From contig MU005990.1 of NCBI GenBank assembly GCA_010093745.1, positions 1 through 64,000 of the forward strand: a stretch of 64,000 bases of DNA, given 5' to 3'. Under the pieces are notes generated by a model, which did not search any database, was not told the origin of the DNA, and saw only the letters and a program-made list of their open reading frames with translations. This DNA is from Piedraia hortae CBS 480.64 (Eukaryota). The position numbers and the translations under genes were made by a program. Positions 54,328-64,000 of this stretch are shown here, one piece after another. How positions within the stretch are numbered: the first letter of the stretch is position 1; each line of letters opens with the position of its first letter.

Positions 54328-56576
54328 ATGACCAAAGCCCGGGGTACGAGGCCGGGGGACATTGTCAATGCCTTTGAGCTATCCCCCAATCAGGCTTCGC
54401 AGAGGAGCGGCGTGTTGCGTGATTCAGTTTTCGAGTGTTGGCAGAATGACGCGACCAGGCTCGCGGATGCGCAAGGCAGCGGAGAGCTACAAAAAGACGC
54501 ACTCAGTCTGCACCTGTGGAAGCTCTGCCGTCAGTCTTTGAGTCAACTCCCCAGTGCCCCCCGATTGGAAAATTTGACCTGGCGCATGTCGTCAATCAGT
54601 CTCCAGCAGCAGGCGGAACGCCAGAAACAAGGGTGTGTTCCTTTTGTCTGAACGCTTTTTTTTTTTTGAGCCTCCTAATATGGTTAGCAGTGCAAACAGC
54701 ACGGAGCCGGCCATCAAGAAGGAGCCCGAGTCTGCAGAGTCAGACTTCAAGCCCGATGCCGACCTCATGGACTTGGACGTATTGTTGGAGCGCACAAGCT
54801 CGCCTGTCATTGATTTTGGCCAGGGAGTACTTCAGGATATTGTACTCGACCCAATGTCGGCCGAAAACCTCGAAGAATTATCGGCTTCGGCTCCTTCCGG
54901 GGAGCCCGTAGGACAGGAGTTTTATTATGTGCAAAAACACGTTCGCAAGACAAGCATTGACGACCGCAAGCATCTGGACTCGAGCCAGCCCACGGGCCTT
55001 GACGGTATTCGACGAGCGGTACGTATATTACTTTCCTTCTCGAATGAAGTGTCCTGATGTGAGCAAGATGAAGCGTCCAGCCCAGGGATCACCCCCCATG
55101 GGTCCCTCCACTTGGATGGGAGCTGGAGGATATCCTCCACTGGATCTTTCACAGGCCCATGGCCCAGGCAGTTCTGGCTTTGGATCCGTCACTTCTCCTG
55201 TTTTCACGCCATCACCTCTACAATCGCCCGTGGGTGGTTTGTTTGGGCAGATGAACTTGGCCTCACGCGAGCAAAGTTACCATGAAGGCGGTTATTGGAA
55301 CTCGACGTTGCAGCATGGCCATCAGTCGATGCCCAGCTTTCCTATCGAACAATCACCGAACCCAATGCATTCAAGCATGTGGTCGCCGAACAGCTCGATT
55401 GACATGAACAGCAACATGTACAGTGTCATGTCATCGCCAATTCACCGTCAAGGTGGATACACGCCTCAAGACCACTCTTCAGTCCCTTCTGCCAGCTTTT
55501 TCACCTTTGGTGGCGACTCGGACCTTGAAGATACCCCTCAACCAACTTTTACCCTGGAAAATCCCCCAAGTCGCATGGAAAGATCGACCAGTCAGTATCA
55601 ACCAAACGCAGCTCGGTACCCCCAGGGTCCGCCATCTGAGTATGCATCAGGCTGGTACCGACAGGAAGGCGGTCAGCGTACGAGCAAGCTGCCTCGAACA
55701 AACTCCGACACTGCCTTTTCGAGCTATGGCCAATCACAGTCACAGATTACGTCCTCTAGCGTTCCAATGACAGGCAGCACACCGGTCCCGAACGTTCAGA
55801 CTCGGGCCAGCACGCCAGCACGACCCGCAGCCAATAACAACAGTCAGGTGCCGTCTTGCAGCGAATGCGATACGCATCATACATCACTGTGGCGACGAGG
55901 GCCAGACGGCAATCAAGTTTGCAACGCCTGCGGACTCTATCGAAAGCTCCACGGCAGTAACAGACCGGACAATTTGAAATCCGCGCCCATCAAAAAACGC
56001 AATCGTGGGCCTGCACCGGCGGGAGGAGCGTCGCGTCAAAAGAAAGCTGCATCTACCCGTAAAGAAGCTGCTCAACCCTCAGTCCCGCCTCTGGCAACCA
56101 GGCCTCCAAAAGCTCTAAAATCGCAAGCGGCACCGGGTACCTCTCCAAGCGGCAAAGGCGGTTTATCCCAATTAATGGGCACTAAATCAATGGTTCCCAT
56201 CGCTCCTGGTCCTGCTCCCATGACCAAGCAGCCGCAGCCGCAGCCGCAGCCGCAGCCACAGCCACAGCCACAGCAACCTCTACATCAAATCCCACAAGGT
56301 ACATCGTACTCATCTCTACCTACCCACCCGGCCCTCTCTCCCCCTCGCCCGCAAAACAGCGGTGGTAGCGGGCAATGGCAAATGGCCTTCCAGCCATACG
56401 CTTCAGGTTCCCCCGACATCCAAATGCAAATGCAAATGCAGATGCAACTCCAGTGGATGCAACAACCTGTGCCCTTCCAGCCGCCTCAAAACCACCAGAC
56501 CCAGCAACCCGCGCAGTTTCCAGATCAAGACCCCGCCACAGGAGCGGGCGTTCCCATTCCGAAACGAAAACGATAA
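54328..56576 (+). CDS. areA: GATA nitrogen regulator AreA/NIT2-like (divergent)
   Basis: N-terminal LWKLC...RLENLTWRM block, HVRKTSIDDRK, FFTFGGDSD, and GATA finger CSEC-x17-CNAC with LWRR and IKKRNR. Introns 54633-54690 and 55019-55067. Start uncertain (54298 or 54328). Confidence 0.85.
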
Positions 56577-57068
56577 ATTCGTCGTCAAGATGTGGTCATG
56601 GCAAAGAATACCCTCGTTGGAAAACTGTTTGATGGGAAAAGCGAATTTGGTGGGATTAACGAATTGGTGGGTCGGGTAAGTTTTGGCGGATGGGGCGGAA
56701 TTAAGCAAATTGAGCGCATGACTGCGAAAATTTTCTTGATACCACTTCTTTTTAGCATTTTGAGTCTACAAATGGACAGATAGATTGTTAAAAAAAAATC
56801 TTCTTAGTTTTCCAGAGACTCGTCTTCTTCTCGTTGGTGTCAGTGTTTCTGTCAGTGTTGTTCATCTCGTCGGTCAACTACCATTGAAGACCAAAGTGGA
56901 CTACAATTGCAAGTGCACGGGAACATTTTCAAACCAGTAGAAATAGTCCCAACCCACACAACTGTCAAGGAAAAAAAAAAACAAATGCAAACCGTGTATT
57001 CATAAAACAAAACGCTATCTAGGCTCTCAAACCCTCTGGGGGAGGAGGGGGGATATCGTAATCCATAA

Positions 57069-59116
57069 TCAAAAAACCGTAGGAAAACTCTGCGGGTCCT
57101 CATTCGCGGTAGCGACCTTCTTCTTCTCCTCCGCCGCGGCAGCAGCAGAGGTATTGACAGGTTTCCGGTGTCGAAACGTGAAACCCACAAACGCCGTTCT
57201 TCCGAGATCGCCTTCGCGGTCGGCCATGCGCTCTAAGGCTTCCTGTTTTTCCAAAACTTCCTTGTATTTTGCCATGTCGCGTTCTGAGCCGAAATCGTCA
57301 AAGTAGCCGGCGTCGGTTTCGCAGTCGAGCTCGGGTACAAAGGGGGCGCGTTCGGCGCGGAGGGTGGGCCAGTTGACTTCGCGGAAGTAGTCGTGCATTT
57401 GCACAGCTTTGATGCCGCGGAGGCGGTTGGGTTTCGGAGCGATTAGACGCTCAATGAGATTCCAGGTACGGTTGGAGAGGAAGTAGCTGGGGTCTTCGTA
57501 TTCGGGTTTGCGAAGGACGGATTGCCAGCGTTTGAGGTTCTGCCAGGTTTCGTCTACGGTTGCGCCGGCGAAAGGGGGGTAGCCTGCCAATGCTTCGAAG
57601 AGCATGCAGCCTAGGCTCCAGTAGTCGACTGTGAAGTCATATTCTTCGCCTTTGAGAACCTCCGGCGCCATGTAGTCGGGAGAGCCGACAATAGACTTGG
57701 CGTAGTTGAGTCCCTCGCGATCGCGAAGAGAGCGGTAGCCTTCCCGTCGCTCGCGGATAGAGCGCGACTCGGTCGGCCGGCCAAATGGAACTGCGGACTC
57801 GGGCAAATTGCCCACCTCGCTGAGCTTCACACGCATGCTTTCAATCTTGGCTGGTGCCAGAAAGCCTGCGGCTAGACCAAAGTCGGTTAGTTTGACGTGA
57901 CCTATGTCAGTTAGATGTCAAATTCTTGAATCCTTTGCAGAGGGTACAAACCTGTGCTATCAATCAAAAAGTTCTCGGGCTTCAAATCTCGGTGGATGTA
58001 GCCCAACTGGTGCAAGGCATCAACGCACAAGAACATTTCGGAAATATAAAACTTGGCATGACGGTTATGCAGAACACCAGTGTTGTTCAGCAGGGTGCGG
58101 AAATCACCTCCTGGCACATACTCCATGGCCAAATAGATGCTGCTCTCGTCCTGGAAAGCATACAGCAGCCGCACCAGCCACTCGCTCTTAGCCGTGGTCA
58201 AGATGTCGCGCTCGGTGAGGACGTGACGAATCTCGTCCAACTTAAACAGCAGCTTCTTGCGCATCACTTTGAGCGCGCAGACCTCACGCGTATCGCGCTT
58301 GCAGGCCAGAAAGACTGACCCATAGCCTCCTTGGCCGATTTGCGTCAAGATCTGAAAGTCACCATAGCCCATCTTGGTGCGTCTGGAGCGGAGAAGAGCT
58401 CGTTCGCGGCCTTGGTAGTCCTTCCACAGCTTGTCGTGATCGGTCTGCGTCGGGGAGACGTGTGTCTTGAATGCCTCGAGCCGTTTCTGGCGCGCGTGCG
58501 TGTATGACAGAAGATCAAAGTAGTAGTCGAGGAAATAGAGCTGCGTGACATTGGCCAAGCGCTTGACGGCCGGAGAATTCAGCTTGGCCATGTCGCTCGC
58601 AGTCAAAGCACCTCCTACGCCCACTGTTCCCTTATCTGTGCGCGTGGGCGACTGATCTCCGCGTCCGCGATACTGGTCTTGCCGGCTGAGCGCCGCCTGC
58701 GACTGGGGCTGTTGCATTGCGAGCCGCGTTGGGCTCTGCGCCGGCGGAGGAGCAAGCGGCGGTGTATTTTCAATCCCCTGCTTCCTCAGTGGACTTCCAG
58801 GCGAGGCGCCGGCCTTGGCCTGCTCCGGGATCCCAAACGGATCATCACTGTCTCGCGTAGGCGAAAGATTGGCTCTGTTGGGCTGGCCCTGAGTTGGATT
58901 CAGCTTCAAAGCGTTGGCAAAGGCGGCTGGAAGCTCGCGAGCTCCGGGTGGCATGTGCTGCTTGGACGGAGAGCCTTCTGGCGTCTGGAGGGGGCTGTAG
59001 AAGTCGCCATGGTCTTCGCGAGATGGGGAACCCGGCTCGGCGCCCATGTTGCGTGAGGTGCGCGTGTGCAGCGGAGGCGGGATGGGGACGGGGATAGGCA
59101 GCTTTGAGCTGGACAT
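57069..59116 (-). CDS. DBF2: NDR-family mitotic exit/septation kinase Dbf2/Sid2
   Basis: QLYFLDYYFDLL, GQGGYGSV, MEYVPGGDFRTLL, HRDLKPENF, SIVGSPDYMAPE, FVGFTFRH. Intron 57951-57902. Confidence 0.95.
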
Positions 59117-59663
59117 GCGCAAACACTGTACAGAAAGAACAACCTGACGTTGATGCGGCAACCCTCTGGAATGCGTCTGTGCAGTGCGGGGCATTCCCCA
59201 CTACGCCACTGACGCATCCTGCACCTGTCATTGTACTTCTGACATATCTTCTAGAACCACTGTTCCTGTCTTCCTGAGCTGTCAACTAGATGATACCCGC
59301 CTGCTTTGTAACTTTGAGCACAGCCATCCATCGTCCTCTACCTATCCCTCACACTGGTTTCCGTAAACCATGGCTCATCATGGCAAGTGACGTTAGGTAG
59401 TTAAAGAAGCCATCATTGTTCTGTTAACACAAATCTCTTGGAAGATGGATTCGCAGCAAATCCGCCTCAACGTGGAACCAAAGAGGGCGCTATCAGATAG
59501 TATGGATCGACTAACTACTACAGCTTACTCAGCTTACTTTCCCATTATCGTCGCTTAACGACTGTAACTTAGCCCATATTGTCAATACGAGACCTAATCT
59601 CCGTCTTGAGCTACACAAATGAAGGGTTAGGTATCCTGTTGAGGAAGAAGTCTACTGTCGATC

Positions 59664-59670
59664 CACGTGG
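59664..59670 (+). promoter_or_regulatory. Candidate Pho4/NUC-1-type E-box upstream of the acid phosphatase
   Basis: CACGTGG about 220 bp upstream of the phosphatase ATG. Confidence 0.4.
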
Positions 59671-59884
59671 TGGCTTGACACCAGCCGCTTAACCTATTCG
59701 GGCAGAATGGCTTTGCGACTTCAGCAAGCACGACTATTCACGCGCCCACACTCCTGAGAGCTTCTGGGATCAACAACAAAAATGTACAATTCACGATCAT
59801 AGAGCTCTTGGGGAGCTCAAGTTTTCTCTCGGAAACCCCCTCGGGAAGGATCTTCCTGAGCGTAGCAACATAAGATCCCAATCG

Positions 59885-61573
59885 ATGCATGTAATATCAC
59901 CCTTGATGCTTGCGTCAATCGTCGGGGCGCTTACGGCGCTGCTGCTAGGCCTTCAGGGAGTCGTCTCGGAGAGTTTAGTTCCGATCCAGTATTTTCAATC
60001 GTTGAAAAACTATCTTCAGAGTCCGATTCGGGATTCACGGGAACCGCCAGTTGTGAACCAGGCAACTGCTTTTCTACATGACCACTGGGATATCAATTAC
60101 CATATGGGTGGCAATAGCCCATGGATCCCAAAAGTTAGGAATGTGCCTGGGTACGATACGGATCCTCCGGAACACTGCTTGGTGGATCAGGTGCATATGG
60201 TATGATTCTGCCGATTGTGAAAGTTTCACGAGCTGATACTCTTCACAGATGTCAAGGCATGCTGAACGCTACCCGACCAATTCTTCTGGTATTCGTACGT
60301 TACTTGTGTCGAGATCGAACTAACCAGCTGACCATGCATAGGAATGCTGCAGCTGTACCAGCACATTGCACATTCAAACGTTACCTTTCAAGGATCACTG
60401 TCCTTCTTGAACAAGTGGGATTTTTTCATGAATGAACCCGCCAAGAGGTTTGAAAATCTCGTGGCTACTGGCCCCAACGCCGGTACGTTGGAAGCATTCG
60501 CAACCGGAGTCAAACTACGCACGCGATATGAAGCCCTTTTGTGGGAAGCCATTGCCAAGAACGCAACAAGGCTTTGGGCCGGCGATTCCAATCGCGTCAT
60601 TGAAACTGCAAAGTATTTCAGCGCCGGATTCTACGGCATCGATTGGGAGCGCATTTCCGATTTGAAAATCATACCAGAAACGGCAGACCAAGGAGGAAAC
60701 ACGCTCACTCCCGGCCGAACCTGTCGTAAATATCGTGACAATGAAGACGACTACGGCCATGACTATGGCGTCCGCATGCTGTACAAATGGCGGGAAGAAT
60801 ACTTGCCACCCATCGTCCGTCGTTTAGCCAAAGAAAACCCGCAAATTGTTTTTACGCAGGCTGAAGTGTATAGCATGCAAGAAATTTGCGGGTTTGAAAG
60901 CCTCGCAAAGGGAAAAAGCGATTGGTGTGATGTATTCACACACAAGGAATGGGAGCAATTTGAATATGCGCGGGACCTGCTGCATTACTACCGCAGCGGG
61001 GAGGGAAACCCTTTCGGCGTCGTAATGGGTTCCCTTTGGCTTAACTCCACGGCATATCTGCTGGAAAAAGGTCCAGAGGAAGCGGGCCCTCTGTTCTTCA
61101 GCTTGTAAGTCATTCTCGCCATCCAACGTACATTACTAACACTTTGCTTTAGCGTCCATGACGGTGACATTGTGCCCTTTCTAGCGGCACTCGACTTGTT
61201 TCCCCAGCCAACACCGTTAGAAAGCTCTCACATCCTGGAAAATCGCACCTGGCGCACATCGGACATTGTGCCCATGGGCGGTCGAGTAATCCTGGAACGA
61301 TTGGCATGTCCTTACCAAGAATGTTGGGATCACGGTGAATTTGGATACCCGAATCACGTCTTCTGCAACCCACCAAGCCAGGACGTCTTCATCCGCGTCA
61401 ACGTCAATGATGCTATCGTTCCTATTCCCTGGTGTGAGCATGGGCCTGGCGGTAGTTGCCCCTTGAGCGAATTCCTTCAAAGGGTGCGGGAAAGGGTGAT
61501 GGGAATGGATTTCTTGAAGACTTGTGGTCTGAGCCAAGACATGAAGGATAGAATTGAGTTTTTGCATCAGTAG
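59885..61573 (+). CDS. Histidine acid phosphatase / 3-phytase
   Basis: N-terminal hydrophobic segment, spliced catalytic motif MSRHAERYP, and FVHDGD. Introns 60200-60248, 60295-60341 and 61105-61152. Confidence 0.93.
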
Positions 61574-61690
61574 TTGAGCGTTATTGATAGAAGCATCCGC
61601 GTCTGTTTATTTATTGTAATCACCAATATCCAGAAGCATGGACAGTGGTCATGAACAGCTGGACAGAGTCTGTACTCAAAAACTACTACC

Positions 61691-62259
61691 TTACAACACC
61701 GAGAGATCGCCGAACTTCTCCTTGTAACCCGGAACCTGCCAGCGTCCCTTGGACACGAGCTGCGAAACACGCTCGTCAATCTCGGGGCGCGCAGCAACCA
61801 CTTCCTCGACGGTGAGGTCTTCAAACGGACGGGCCGATTCGATGTTCTTCAGCGTCTTCTCCAAGTCAACAAGCTCCGCATCAACCTTGAATTTGGTCTC
61901 TTCGGCGCTCTTGACAGCTTGCGCCTCAAAGGACTCAATGGCCTTGATTTGGCGGCTCACGTCGTACTTCTTGGGCGCGAAACCGTTAACTTGCTTCTCC
62001 ATCTCGGCAACCACGTCCTGGTTCTTGAGAATCGAGCGGTAGTGCGCAAAGTCGATTGTCTGCTCCTGTTGCGATAACTGCTGCACTCGCCGACGCGCAT
62101 CGTCGTTGCGCTTTTTGAACGTCTGGAGCGCTTGCGCCGTGCTCCCCTTAAGACCGAGCTTGGAGGGCAGCGCAGCCCAGTCAAGCTTAAGAGCCACAGA
62201 ACGCTAGTTACATCATTAGCCGCGCAAGACGAGTCTAGAATATGACATACAGCCGCCAT
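61691..62259 (-). CDS. ATP7: Mitochondrial ATP synthase subunit d
   Basis: [12 protein letters not shown] (intron 62250-62204), [31 protein letters not shown]. Confidence 0.96.
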
Positions 62260-62464
62260 TGCAGTTAAATAGGTGCTACAGGCGTGTAGTTGGGAGGGTA
62301 CAATGTCGACGGCAGATTGTCGGGGTCTTTGGAGCGAGTAGCAGTCACGTGATATCATACTACCATTACCAGCATATTTTTGGAGAAAGCAACAAGGGAT
62401 ATGTCGGTCGAGCAAGGCATCGTCGCTGGCAGCAGATGTTTCGTAGTATTCTGACTACACATCA

Positions 62465-63140
62465 TTACAGACTTAGCGCCATAATGCTGTTGACAATGTC
62501 GTTATCGTTCTCCCTCAACGCCTTGACCGCCTTGGCCCTGCTGACACTGGCTTGGGCCATGACAAGCTCAATGTCTTTAGCCTCAAGTCCGCTCTCGTCA
62601 ACATCACCGCCATCGTCATCCTCGTCCTCTGTAGCCTTTTTGTCTTCAACAGCCTTGCCTTTGCCCGTACCATTGGCACTTTCCTGAGCTGCTTCAGTAG
62701 CGGACTGCGCGGCCAGTTGCTGCGCGGCCGAGGCCTGAGCCTGCGAACTCAAATCCTCAATCTTCGCATCGCCAAAGATGCTGCACCCGTTAGCTGGGAT
62801 CATACCCCCTCCTTGAATGGTTTAGTACTCACACCCAGGTATTGCTATTTGGGCTCCGGTAGACGGTCGGATGGCTGATGACAAAGAGAATGTTCTTGGG
62901 ACGGCGGAGCGTGACACGGGTAATACCCTCAACCTGCTTAAGGCCGAGCTTTGCAATAGCCTTGCGAGCCTTCTTCTCGTTGCGGTTCTGAATAGAAACA
63001 GTAGCTCCGGTGGGAATGGTGGCCTCGCCGCCGTTGGCATTCTCAGCGCCTTCTGACTCCGAAGAGGTCTCGTCCTCGACCTTGGGAGCGCTGCTGTCCT
63101 TGGGCTCGTCGGGAAGCTCTTCGACACGAGGATTGGCCAT
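62465..63140 (-). CDS. EGD2: Nascent polypeptide-associated complex alpha subunit
   Basis: [43 protein letters not shown], and UBA-like DIELVMAQA...DIVNSIMAL. Intron 62832-62781. Confidence 0.96.
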
Positions 63141-63376
63141 TTTTGCTGTGCACTTCAAATGTCAGATGCCTACGAGCGATTCAGCAATTGCGAAGTCTTA
63201 CCGTGAGCTTGCGTGTGTGGCAGCAGAGAATTGGTTTTATCTTGGCTGCCACACAAAATTCGGTACCGGCCCGTGCGTAAGTCACGTGCTAAGATCAATC
63301 TGATATGTAAATCGTGAGATGCGGAACGGCATAAAGCACTGCACCATCAGTAGGCGATAGCGCATAGACTCCCTAT

Positions 63377-63870
63377 TTACGCCTTGGCACCCTTCCTGCT
63401 GGCCATCGCCTTCCTGACCTCGAACCTTGCCTGCTTCTTCAGCACGGCAACCTTGAATCGCTCAAAATCGTTAAGTTGCTTCCTGCGCTTGAGGGCAGCG
63501 GCCCGCTTTGCTGTCACCGAGTTGCCGTACTTCTCTTCAACCTTCTGGTCACCCCAGCACTTCTTTAATCCTCCGGATCCGATTGCGAGCGGGAGCCCAG
63601 TGATGACAATCGAGGTAAGCCCGAGGGAAGAGAGCGGGGCGGCATGGCGAGGGACAACCTTGGATTTGTCAGAGGACGGGCCTTCGACTAGGACCTGGGT
63701 GCGTTAGAAGATGTTCCATGGAGAAGCCGTTGTAATCGCTGTACCCTTTTGTGGTCAATTATCTGCACGATCGCGGCGAGACGGCCTTCATACGGCCCGG
63801 TGGCGAAGAGGGCAACGCGGCCGGTCTCAACGAGACGCCAGTTGCTTGCTGTAACGCTGACTTCGCCCAT
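63377..63870 (-). CDS. RPL14: 60S ribosomal protein L14
   Basis: WRLVETGRV...GRLAAIVQIIDHKR|VLVEGP (intron 63744-63695), LNDFERFKV. Confidence 0.96.
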
Positions 63871-64000
63871 GGTGGTTGTTTTGAGTGTTTCGCGCAAAAA
63901 GAGACAGATCGATTGAGCGTTGGTGTGCGCGGAAATGTTCCGAGTCTTGGCAACGCACCACACGTCCCCGCTGTCTACTACGCTACACATCACCCACCAC

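Overview
Gene-dense, intron-poor eukaryotic DNA from a filamentous ascomycete. Short (about 45-65 nt) introns with CTRAC/CTAAC-type branch sites and the protein signatures suggest a compact Dothideomycete-like genome; the taxon is inferred. About 36 protein-coding genes are supported. Most are housekeeping genes: Rpn10, borealin-like, TAF1, Rex1-like exonuclease, Rad53, ERG26, Rpf2, Grx3/4, Mnn10, Pso2, PPIL1, eIF1A, Las17/WASP, IFA38, Rad1/XPF, CBP4, Pho85, AreA-like GATA factor, Dbf2, ATP7, EGD2 and RPL14. Accessory enzymes include a pirin, a catabolic acetolactate synthase with a nearby acetolactate decarboxylase, a GT2 polysaccharide synthase, a Baeyer-Villiger monooxygenase, a dienelactone hydrolase and a histidine acid phosphatase. 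A patch of decayed transposon fragments lies at about 20.2-22.2 kb. The most interesting signals are: (1) a highly structured minus-strand non-coding region upstream of TAF1 carrying a CCCUAACCCU template-like motif, a candidate telomerase RNA; (2) a bacterial-type AlsS/AlsD acetoin pathway pair; (3) recurrent, orientation-independent C-rich to G-rich skew switches every few kb; (4) a divergent AreA lacking the usual C-terminal motif; and (5) a Pho85 with a Y/N/G/A-rich repetitive tail. All calls are by-eye motif recognition; no searches or folding were run.
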